Origin: an uncultured Oscillospiraceae bacterium
GTDB lineage: Bacteria; Bacillota; Clostridia; Peptostreptococcales; Anaerovoracaceae
Direction of reading: 5' to 3'
DNA length: 64,000 nucleotides
Assembly: GCA_964369805.1 (NCBI GenBank)
Contig: CAYJFM010000002.1
Coordinates: 3,376 to 67,375 of the forward strand
Shown: piece after piece, positions 27,771 through 35,985 of the stretch
Numbering within the stretch: position 1 is the first letter of the stretch
How the letters are laid out: the number at the start of each line of letters is the position of its first letter
The notes under the pieces: generated by a model
The model's input: the letters and a program-made list of their open reading frames with translations, nothing else
Database searches by the model: none
Told to the model about the DNA's origin: nothing
Made by a program: the position numbers and the translations under genes

Positions 27771-28949
27771 CTATATGACACCTTTTGTCTTAAGATCTTC
27801 TAAATCGCTCGTTGCAATATTAATAGAACAATAAATATCTTCATTATTTTCGCCAAGCTTTGGTGCTGGAAGAATATCACTTTCTATCTCACCTATAAAT
27901 TTTATTGGTCTTCCTGGCATTTGTACCTTACCAATTAAAGGGTTTTCAATTTCATGAAGCATATTTCTCTCATGAAGTTGAGGATCTGTTAGGGCTTGTT
28001 CAGTTGTTCCACACATTGTACCTGGAATTAATATCTCATCACAAATATCAGAAAACTCTTTCATTGTGTAGTCTTCTAATAGCTTTTCTAACTTTACTCT
28101 AAGGTCACCAAAGTAGTTTTGCCCTCTATATAAATTTGAACTATACTTTTCATCAGAAGCCCACTCTGGATGGCCAAAACGTATAGATAACTTCTTCCAT
28201 TGATCGTCAGAAGATGCACCAATTGCAACATATCCATCTTTGCACTTTAATACATCATACGGATTAATATTTGGATGGGCATTTCCAGTACGCATAGGGT
28301 CTCTTCCTGTTGCACTATAAGTAATTACCTTATCTTCAGATATAGCAAGTAATGTAGCGCATAATGCGGTTTCTACTAATTGTCCCTCTCCAGTTTCTTT
28401 CATGTGCATAATTGCTAGGGTAATTCCTGCTGACAAGAAAGTTGCTGAGTATCTCTCTCCAATTGAAAATCCGATTCTGGTTGGAGGTGCATCTGGGAAA
28501 CCTGTAACATGCATAGCTCCACTTTTTGCTTGAGCAAGCAGTTCTATTTGGGGGAAGTCATTCCCCTCTCCAGTAGATCCATATCCTGTAGTTCTTCCAT
28601 ATATTATTGCAGGTTTTAGTTTAGCCATATCCTCATATCCAAGGCCTATAGCTTCCAATGTGCCAATAGGGAAGTTCTCTAAAACAACATCCGCTGTTTT
28701 AACCAATTCCTTAAAAATTTCCTGGCCTTCTTTTTTAAATAGATTTAATGTGATGCTTTTCTTTCCTCTATCTCGAAAGGCGTGATGAGGACTGCTTCCG
28801 TTTACTACTGGCAGCAGTTTCCTTAACTCATCTCCTTCTTCTGGCATTTCTACTTTTATTACTTCTGCCCCGTAGTCAGCTAATTCCATTCCACAGTATC
28901 CAGAAAGAGTCATCAAATCTAACACTCTTATTCCTTTTAAAGGCTCCAT
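27771..28949 (-). CDS. Family III (CaiB/BaiF-type) CoA-transferase, paralogue 2
   Basis: The track gives 27771..28991. The start at MEPLKGIRVLDL is preferred because AAGGAG lies 7 nt upstream. LKGIRVLDLMTLSGYCGMELADYGAEVIKVEMPEEGD. Confidence 0.9.
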   Translation of the reverse strand: MEPLKGIRVLDLMTLSGYCGMELADYGAEVIKVEMPEEGDELRKLLPVVNGSSPHHAFRDRGKKSITLNLFKKEGQEIFKELVKTADVVLENFPIGTLEAIGLGYEDMAKLKPAIIYGRTTGYGSTGEGNDFPQIELLAQAKSGAMHVTGFPDAPPTRIGFSIGERYSATFLSAGITLAIMHMKETGEGQLVETALCATLLAISEDKVITYSATGRDPMRTGNAHPNINPYDVLKCKDGYVAIGASSDDQWKKLSIRFGHPEWASDEKYSSNLYRGQNYFGDLRVKLEKLLEDYTMKEFSDICDEILIPGTMCGTTEQALTDPQLHERNMLHEIENPLIGKVQMPGRPIKFIGEIESDILPAPKLGENNEDIYCSINIATSDLEDLKTKGVI

Positions 28950-29044
28950 AACATTTCTCCTTTCATCAGGTAAAATTTTCTCTATCAGCAAAGGCCCCTA
29001 TAAAATATTCTTTTAAGAGCCTCTGCTTAATTATTTATATGCTA

Positions 29045-30688
29045 TTACTTATCTTTTTCTTCAGACTCAGCATAAAAAGTTTCACTTTTCTTAGCTACTT
29101 CTTCTAGAAGTTCCTTTTCCTGTAATTCTAAATTTCTTTTATGTACTCCATTTCTAGAGTCTTCTTTAAGCCATTTGAATAGTCCAATTTCTACCCCGAT
29201 AACAATTATCATAAATGGTACCGAAATAATTATTGCTAAATATTTAATCGCATCAAACCCAGTTCCTGTCAATACAATCGTCATAGGGATTATAGCTAGT
29301 AAAACGCAGAAGAACATTCTTACTTTCATTGGAGGAGTTCCTTTTTTTGTTGCAGTCTCAGCTAGTGCTAAAGAAGCTGAATCTAAAGATGGAACTAAGA
29401 AGCATACTATAAGTACTAAGATAATAATCGGCCCAAGGATTGCTCCAAGTGGTAGTGCATTTAATACTTCAAATACAATTCCTTCGCCTATTGCTTCTTG
29501 TCCGTTTGTTCCGTTTACTAACCCTGGAACATCCACAATTCCTTCTACAAAAGTGCTGATTGAGAAGCTACCTAATACTCCAAAGATTATAATGCTTCCT
29601 CCAGTAATACCAAACATAGTTGCAAGTGCAAGTGCACGAATAGTTCTTCCTTTAGAGATTTTAGCTATAAAAATTCCCATCATTGCTAGGTAGTTCAAAT
29701 AGAATGCCTGGAAGTAAATTGTCCAGCCCTCTACAAATCCTGTTTGGTTAATAGGGTCAGTAAATAGTGTCATTCTTATAGAGTCTTCAATAGTGAATCC
29801 TATTGAGTTAACAATATTTTTGAAAATAAACTCTGCTGGCCCCATTAGAAGTACATATAACAAAAAGACTACTGTTAATGCTGCAGCTATATTTGAAATT
29901 ACTTTCATACCTTTATGAACACCTAAGTATGAAGTAAATGTGTATATTACACCGATTACTAAAATTACAGCAACTTGCAATACTGGTGTTACCTCAACAC
30001 CTGTTATTATAGAGAATGCATTTGAAGCTAAAGGAACCCCTAGTCCTAAAGAAGAGCTTAATGCACCAAGTATCCCAAAAATAACTACAAAGTCGATTAC
30101 TTTTCCTATTGTTGATTTTCCTTTAACTTTCTCTCCTAACATAGCACTGCAAAGTGCACTTGTTTGGAAAGATGATACTTTTCTTACATAAACTCCATAA
30201 GCAATTGCTGCACCAAACACTGTATACATTGCTTGATTTACAATTCCCCAGTGATAGAATTGATAACTTAATGAAGTTTCTAGTGCTAAAGTGCTTTCTG
30301 GCTCCATTCCAAGTCCTGGTGCTGCATAGTAAAATGCCCACTCTGCAAATGACCAATAAAGTGCTGCTGACGCTAATGAAGCAAGCAACATCATTATAAT
30401 ATAACTTAATGTGCTAAACTCAGGTTTTGTATCACCAAGCCTGATTTTACCGTATTTGCTAAAGCAAAGAAATAATGCAATAATAAAAGTCGCAAATGTA
30501 AAAACTTGAAATGCAGGGCCTAATACCGCTATCATTTCCCAAAAAAATCCTGATATTGCTGTAACTGTTCCTTCTGCATTTATTATCATAAACCCTAAAA
30601 ACACTGTAAGTATAATAACACTAACAACTACTAGTCCTACTTCTATATTTACTCTAGAATTTTTCTTCTCATTCGTATTAGCATCCAT
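29045..30688 (-). CDS. BCCT-family (betaine/carnitine/choline) transporter
   Basis: 547 aa, 12 TM. BCCT signature region GWTIYFQAFYLNYLAMMGIFIAKISKGRTIR. Confidence 0.9.
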   Translation of the reverse strand: MDANTNEKKNSRVNIEVGLVVVSVIILTVFLGFMIINAEGTVTAISGFFWEMIAVLGPAFQVFTFATFIIALFLCFSKYGKIRLGDTKPEFSTLSYIIMMLLASLASAALYWSFAEWAFYYAAPGLGMEPESTLALETSLSYQFYHWGIVNQAMYTVFGAAIAYGVYVRKVSSFQTSALCSAMLGEKVKGKSTIGKVIDFVVIFGILGALSSSLGLGVPLASNAFSIITGVEVTPVLQVAVILVIGVIYTFTSYLGVHKGMKVISNIAAALTVVFLLYVLLMGPAEFIFKNIVNSIGFTIEDSIRMTLFTDPINQTGFVEGWTIYFQAFYLNYLAMMGIFIAKISKGRTIRALALATMFGITGGSIIIFGVLGSFSISTFVEGIVDVPGLVNGTNGQEAIGEGIVFEVLNALPLGAILGPIIILVLIVCFLVPSLDSASLALAETATKKGTPPMKVRMFFCVLLAIIPMTIVLTGTGFDAIKYLAIIISVPFMIIVIGVEIGLFKWLKEDSRNGVHKRNLELQEKELLEEVAKKSETFYAESEEKDK

Positions 30689-30773
30689 AAGATACTCCTT
30701 TCCCTAAAAAGTCTGTTTAATATTTTCGTTCTAGCTAAAATTCAATGGCGCTTAAGTTTAATTGTTTTTTGTT

Positions 30774-30828
30774 TTAAAAATGCCCACCTACTAACTCACT
30801 TTAGGCATTAGTTATGAGGCGGGCATTC
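30774..30828 (-). terminator. Intrinsic terminator/attenuator hairpin between the acyl-CoA dehydrogenase and BCCT genes
   Basis: The minus strand reads AATGCCCGCCT...AGGTGGGCATT (11 bp including one G-U) with an inner TAACT/AGTTA helix, followed by TTTTTAAAAC. Confidence 0.6.
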
Positions 30829-30864
30829 TAAAAAGTATGGGTAAAATACTTCTATTTTATTTTT

Positions 30865-32037
30865 TTACCATCCAGTGTAGATTTCTGGACCACGTTTTTT
30901 GATTTGACCGCTTACAACAATACGTTGAATTTCAGAAGTTCCTTCCCAAATTCTATCAACACGTGTGTCACGGAATAATCTCTCTACAGGATTTTCACGC
31001 ATATAGCCACGTCCACCTAAGATTTGAACGCCTTTATCAGCTACTCTTCCAACCATTTCAGAAGTCCATAATTTAAGAGCTGAAGCTTTTGCATGACGAA
31101 GCTTTCTATCAGCATCTGGTTGAGAAATTTCCCAACAAACACGGTAAAGCATACTTTTTGCAGCCATAATATCCATAGCCATATCAGCTAGCATAAATTC
31201 TATTGCTTGGCAATCACGGATATATTGACCATTAAATGTTTTACGAGTCGCAGCAAATTCATTTGCAACATCAAGTACACGAGTAGCTCCACCAACGCAA
31301 CGAGCCGCGATTCCTAATCTAGCTTCTACGAACCAGTCTTTTGTCATATCAAAACCTTGGCCAACTTTTCCTAAGATTTTACTTTCATCTACAACTACAT
31401 CTTCAAATACAAATTCAGGATGTTTGAATGCAAAGTGATGTGTAAATTGAGGTGTACGTTTAATACTCACTCCAGGAGCATCTTTTTCTACAAAGAATAC
31501 TGTAGCTTTGTCAACATCTCCATCTACATGTGCATGTACAAGTAGAAAGTCTGCAACATCACCAACTGTTACATACCATTTTTCACCATTAATTCTATAT
31601 CCACCATCGCATTTATCAGCTCTAGTTAGGCACATTGTAGGATCAGAACCAGCGTCTGCTTCAGTGATTGCATATGCATCTCTACGTTTGTTTTGGCAAG
31701 CTGGAATTAAGTATTCTTCGATTTGATCTTGTGTACCAAAGCACATTGGGTATGATGGTTGAGGAACTGCATCCCAAATAGCTCCTGTCGATTGTCCAAG
31801 TTGTTCACTTACTAGCATTTGTTCAAATAGTGTCATTCCTTGTCCACCGTGCTCTTTTTTATGGTTTGTTGCATTGAAACCCCAGTCCATAACCTTTTGG
31901 TTAATAATTGCATGTGTTTCTTTTGTAAGACCATCATTTTCTTCGCATTCCATTTCATAAGGGAATAAAACCTCTTGTGTAAACGCCTTTGCTTTTTCTT
32001 GTAACTCTCTATGCTCTTTGCTTAATGTAAAATCCAT
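30865..32037 (-). CDS. Acyl-CoA dehydrogenase-family flavoprotein (CaiA/BbuA-like)
   Basis: 390 aa, full ACAD fold. C-terminal IWEGTSEIQR retains the Glu of the usual catalytic-base position. No etfAB is nearby. Confidence 0.9.
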   Translation of the reverse strand: MDFTLSKEHRELQEKAKAFTQEVLFPYEMECEENDGLTKETHAIINQKVMDWGFNATNHKKEHGGQGMTLFEQMLVSEQLGQSTGAIWDAVPQPSYPMCFGTQDQIEEYLIPACQNKRRDAYAITEADAGSDPTMCLTRADKCDGGYRINGEKWYVTVGDVADFLLVHAHVDGDVDKATVFFVEKDAPGVSIKRTPQFTHHFAFKHPEFVFEDVVVDESKILGKVGQGFDMTKDWFVEARLGIAARCVGGATRVLDVANEFAATRKTFNGQYIRDCQAIEFMLADMAMDIMAAKSMLYRVCWEISQPDADRKLRHAKASALKLWTSEMVGRVADKGVQILGGRGYMRENPVERLFRDTRVDRIWEGTSEIQRIVVSGQIKKRGPEIYTGW

Positions 32038-32118
32038 AAATTGCTCCTTTCTTTCATTTATAGATAAATCTAACGTTTCGTTATTCTTTTATTTTGACTA
32101 ACGATCTAATTTAGCTAG

Positions 32119-32146
32119 ATTATATAACAGAAAAAGCCAGTGTCAA
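32119..32146 (-). promoter_or_regulatory. Strong sigma-A promoter for the acyl-CoA dehydrogenase gene
   Basis: The reverse strand reads TTGACA-N16-TATAAT, leaving a ~70-nt 5' UTR to the ATG at 32037. Confidence 0.65.
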
Positions 32147-32428
32147 TTTCTTTTTTGCCACACAATTCTGACAATTTTCCAAGCAAGATAACTTTATTTA
32201 AAATTTTAATGCCAAATATAGGTATGTTCATCTTTACTTTCCTTATATTCCCAATTGCATTTTTTTAAATGGATCAGAATTATGTTTTCCTTTGTACTTT
32301 ATATTTGCTTTGAAACTAAGCCTTTATTTACTCCAGTTTTACAATTGTTACATGTGCATATTATTCATTTTTTTGATTAATATTACATTTTTCTTAGAAA
32401 TTTTGTTCTTTTTTTAAATAGAGACATC

Positions 32429-32457
32429 TTGCATTTCATCTAATTTATATGTATAAT
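32429..32457 (+). promoter_or_regulatory. Sigma-A promoter upstream of the IS1634-like ORF
   Basis: TTGCAT-N17-TATAAT (TG abuts the -10). The predicted TSS near 32464 places the decamer repeats in the leader. Confidence 0.55.
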
Positions 32458-32505
32458 TCCCTTACAAATGAGTTTAGTTCTACAAATTATTATTAATTCT
32501 ACTTC

Positions 32506-32610
32506 TAGTGTTAAATGGTGTTATTTCAACAGATATAGTGTTAACTAGTGCTAAATTTCTTCTTAATTTTGCTATTATTTTATACATTACCTAGTGTTAA
32601 CTAGTGTTAA
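32506..32610 (+). repeat. Five direct copies of a TAGTG(T/C)TAA(A/C) decamer
   Basis: Copies at 32506-32515, 32536-32545, 32546-32555, 32591-32600 and 32601-32610, i.e. two adjacent pairs plus one single copy. A degenerate TGGTGTTAT sits at ~32516. Confidence 0.85.
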
Positions 32611-32624
32611 AAAAGGGGGATGCC

Positions 32625-34184
32625 ATGGCTTATTTTCTGAAAAAATCCAAATTAAAAAAAGGTGTATATCTTCAAATATATGAAAGTTATTACAATAAAG
32701 ATACTAAAAGCACATCAAACCGCTCATACAGGTGTATCGGCTATGTTGATGAGCTTACTACCAATGAAATCCCTGACCCAGTTTCTTACTATTCTTCTTT
32801 TGTCACAAAAATGAACGAAAAGCATAAACTGCGTAAGCAAAATAAAAAGAAAAAACAGATTTCTACTTCGCCAGTTAAACATCTAGGCTATTTCCCTTTG
32901 AAATCAATTTTAAATCGCCTTGATATTTCAAATGAAATAAATTCAATAGGAGAAAAACAACATTTTGAAACTTCTCTTTATCCCGTATTAGAAGCTGCCC
33001 TTTTTGCTAATGCCGTTAATATGCTTTCTAAAACAAGTGCTTTTCACAGCCAAATACCTAAACTATATGATACTTTTGAGCTTACACCCCATAATATCTA
33101 TTTTGGAATCGAAGCTCTTGGTAAAGATTATGAAGCAATCATAGATATAATAAATACGAAACTACTTAATAGTACTACTCCAAATAATCAGGACTTATAT
33201 TTTGTATCACATGATATCAAGTATCCCGCTTCTATGCCTAGCAAAGACTCTTCACCATATAAAAATCTTCATGCAAATTTACTTTTAGATGCTAATCTTT
33301 TGCCAATTGATCTCAAAATACTTACAGATAGCTCTGCAAATAAACCGTTTTTGGCAGACTTATTTCATAGCGCAAAAGATAGCAGATTCAAGGGTAAAAA
33401 ACTTACTTTTGTTGCAGCAGCTCACTCTGGCTTCCAAAATGTATTACATCATGCAATAAGGAATTCTTATGACTACATAATCAGTAAACCAGTCAACCTT
33501 CTCTCTCCTACAGAAAAATCTTGGCTTATTGATAGCTTAGACTATACACCTACCTATTCAAGCGATAGTAAGCTTATATCAAAATCAAAATCAGCAGTAT
33601 TTACTACCACTTATTCTTTTCCACAGCAGTTTGGAGGTTATAAATCAGTAACTTTAGAAGAAAGACACATTGCAATCTACTCTCCTTCTAGTCATGGTGC
33701 TAGCGATTGTTATACTTATTTAATATCTTCTAAAATAGACGTTGACTATCAACACCTTTATTTGAAATTTGCAAATATAATCAAAACCAAAGATGCTTAT
33801 CAAAATATGTTTTTAAGTTTACGTTCTAAGCCTATTTTCCTTGAAACTGAAAAGTCAATCAAAGGGCATATCTTAATCAGCTATATGACTACATTGCTTC
33901 TTGGTATAGCGCTTACCGAAAAACTTCGCATCTGCATTACCCCTCAAGATTTTACAAATTTCGCTAGAAGTTTCCTTGTGGTTAAAAGTGGTGATCAGGA
34001 ATATGTAAATGTTAGCAAGCATAGTGAAATAATTCAGTTTATAGCAGATACCTTAGATCTACCTTTAACCAATTACTATTTAACTAGTGATGAGGTAGCC
34101 TTAATTGCTAATGGTGATGCTTTTTTAAATGAACTTACAGATGAACTAAATACATTAATCTGTTCAAACGAGCATATGCTCTAA
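32625..34184 (+). CDS. IS1634-like (IS4 superfamily) transposase-related protein, possibly catalytically inactive
   Basis: The track starts at GTG 32604. ATG 32625 (MAYFLKKSKLKKGVYLQIYESYYNK...) follows a GGGGG RBS. The N-terminus and the C-terminal ...KGHILISYMTTLLL region resemble IS1634-family transposases as I remember them. I could not place the DDE residues. Confidence 0.6.
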   Translation: MAYFLKKSKLKKGVYLQIYESYYNKDTKSTSNRSYRCIGYVDELTTNEIPDPVSYYSSFVTKMNEKHKLRKQNKKKKQISTSPVKHLGYFPLKSILNRLDISNEINSIGEKQHFETSLYPVLEAALFANAVNMLSKTSAFHSQIPKLYDTFELTPHNIYFGIEALGKDYEAIIDIINTKLLNSTTPNNQDLYFVSHDIKYPASMPSKDSSPYKNLHANLLLDANLLPIDLKILTDSSANKPFLADLFHSAKDSRFKGKKLTFVAAAHSGFQNVLHHAIRNSYDYIISKPVNLLSPTEKSWLIDSLDYTPTYSSDSKLISKSKSAVFTTTYSFPQQFGGYKSVTLEERHIAIYSPSSHGASDCYTYLISSKIDVDYQHLYLKFANIIKTKDAYQNMFLSLRSKPIFLETEKSIKGHILISYMTTLLLGIALTEKLRICITPQDFTNFARSFLVVKSGDQEYVNVSKHSEIIQFIADTLDLPLTNYYLTSDEVALIANGDAFLNELTDELNTLICSNEHML

Positions 34185-34220
34185 TTGTAGAGAGTGTGTC
34201 TAGAATTTTATTATTTCAAT

Positions 34221-34250
34221 AAAAAGAGAAGGGTTTCCCCTTCTTTTTTT
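34221..34250. terminator. Bidirectional terminator between the IS1634-like ORF (+) and nitroreductase 2 (-)
   Basis: AAAAAGAGAAGGG-TTTC-CCCTTCTTTTTTT. Confidence 0.8.
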
Positions 34251-34260
34251 AAACTCTATA

Positions 34261-34917
34261 TTAATAGTATCTTACCAGTTCTTCCATCGATGCCCTTTTG
34301 CTAACTAATGCGTTTTCTGCTGCTTCAGTTTCCTCATATCCCATTAGTACGGCTATTAGCATAACCTCATCATCATCTAGTTTAAGGTGCCTTTTCATGA
34401 CTTCATGATATGAAGATCCTTGTTCTGTAATACAAGTAGCAACATTATATTCCATTGCTGCAAGGCAAATGGATTGAATAATCAGTCCTGCATTAAGTAC
34501 TCCCCACTTATTTTCAAAAAAGTTTTTTTCTATTGTTACAAACACTACGCAAGGCGCCTCGTAAAGCCTATTTCCTGCTAATCCCCATGCCTCTCTTTTT
34601 CCTTTATCTTCCCTTTTTATTTCTAAAAGCTGAAATAAATCTATTGCTAATTCTTTTCTACGTTGCCTAAATACAGGATTTAATTCTGGTTCAGGAACAT
34701 CAACCTCTATACCTGAATTGTACTTTTCCTCATTGTCATTTTTAATTTTCTCTAAGATTTCTCCTTTTACTATGTGTAGTTTCCAAGGCTGAACATTTGT
34801 AGCTGACGGACTTCTTAATGAAGCCATGACTATTTTCTTTATCACCTCATCTGGTAACTCTTTTTCTTGAAACTTTCTAGTGCTCTTTCTTAGTTCAATT
34901 GCTTTTATTACATCCAT
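34261..34917 (-). CDS. Nitroreductase-family flavoprotein (paralogue of 7218..7880)
   Basis: 218 aa. RKSTRKF and PSATNVQPW; co-linear similarity to the first copy along the whole length. Confidence 0.85.
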   Translation of the reverse strand: MDVIKAIELRKSTRKFQEKELPDEVIKKIVMASLRSPSATNVQPWKLHIVKGEILEKIKNDNEEKYNSGIEVDVPEPELNPVFRQRRKELAIDLFQLLEIKREDKGKREAWGLAGNRLYEAPCVVFVTIEKNFFENKWGVLNAGLIIQSICLAAMEYNVATCITEQGSSYHEVMKRHLKLDDDEVMLIAVLMGYEETEAAENALVSKRASMEELVRYY

Positions 34918-34934
34918 ATTAAACCTCCTTTTGT

Positions 34935-35777
34935 TTATAATAGCTCTACGGTGCAGTAATCTAACACCGTATCTCCACTTTTGCTATTTTCAACTTTAAA
35001 TAATGCCTTTTTATTATCTATTTTCCATATTTTGGTTTCAATGTCTGAATTCATTTCAAGTATATTAGTAAATCTAATATTTAGCTTATGGATCTTTTCT
35101 GGGTTTTGCGGGCAAAGCACCTTCACTAATGCTCTGCAAGCAAATCCTGCTATACACATTCCCATAACTATGGGAGCATTATACCCACCTAGCTTTGCAA
35201 ATTCAGGATCTATATGTAAAATGTTAGGATCATTATCAATTCTATACATAGCAACATGCGTGGAGTCAATACAGTCAAGTATCTTATAGTCTGCCTCTCT
35301 ATCAGGAAAACTTACTTTTGCATTTTCTGGTTTCAATCCTCCAAAGCCTCCTGTCGAAAGATCTACATCTTTTGTTATTAGTGTAAAAACCTTTTCACCA
35401 CTTTCGTCAAAAGCTTCTGACTTTATTACTGCTAAGCTTCCTCTTTTTTCCCCTCTATCAAAAATATCTGTGATTTCAACCGTATATTTGATCTTACCCT
35501 CTGTTGCTTTAAGTTCTTTATGGAAAACTATCTCAAATCCATAATGTAGTGTCGTTGGAATGTATTGTCCATATTCATATATATCAGTAAACTCCTTAAG
35601 GCCTAAAATAGAAGCCCAGAAAGTTGGAAGTATTTTCATGTTTTTTTCATACACATACTCTAACTCTTCTTCTACAGTTGCTCCCACGCTAAGCGCATAA
35701 AGCGCCAGTTTTTTCCAAGAATATTCTAATTCTAAAGGGCCTTTCACTACTCCTTTTTCACCAAATCTCAAGCCCAT
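34935..35777 (-). CDS. MaoC-like double hot-dog (R)-specific enoyl-CoA hydratase (hydratase-2 type)
   Basis: 280 aa. C-terminal hydratase-2-like motif YRIDNDPNILHIDPEFA (Asp and His retained), with an N-terminal pseudo hot-dog half. Confidence 0.75.
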   Translation of the reverse strand: MGLRFGEKGVVKGPLELEYSWKKLALYALSVGATVEEELEYVYEKNMKILPTFWASILGLKEFTDIYEYGQYIPTTLHYGFEIVFHKELKATEGKIKYTVEITDIFDRGEKRGSLAVIKSEAFDESGEKVFTLITKDVDLSTGGFGGLKPENAKVSFPDREADYKILDCIDSTHVAMYRIDNDPNILHIDPEFAKLGGYNAPIVMGMCIAGFACRALVKVLCPQNPEKIHKLNIRFTNILEMNSDIETKIWKIDNKKALFKVENSKSGDTVLDYCTVELL

Positions 35778-35930
35778 TCTTACCTCCTTTGACTGTCACT
35801 GTAATTATTTGCGTAATTCTATCACACTTTTTTTAATCACGCAATGTGTATTTATTCGTATAAATCAAAAGTTGCTGCTGATTTAAAAAAGATCAAAAAT
35901 GTCTAAAGCTTTAAACTAATAATTTTCTCA

Positions 35931-35980
35931 CAAAAAAGGACGTTACCTAATTTTAATTCTTAAGTAACGCCCTTATTTTT
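35931..35980. terminator. Terminator after rnr (A- and T-runs on both sides)
   Basis: GGACGTTAC...GTAACGCCC stem flanked by AAAAAA and TTATTTTT, 14 nt past the rnr stop. Confidence 0.7.
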
Positions 35981-35985
35981 ATACA

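Noticed and set aside
32506-32610. Decamer repeats as a mini-CRISPR array or replication iterons
   Set aside because: The repeat unit is only 10 bp. Two pairs are directly abutting with no spacers, no cas genes are present and there is no rep gene. A protein-binding array linked to the adjacent IS1634-like ORF is the simpler reading.
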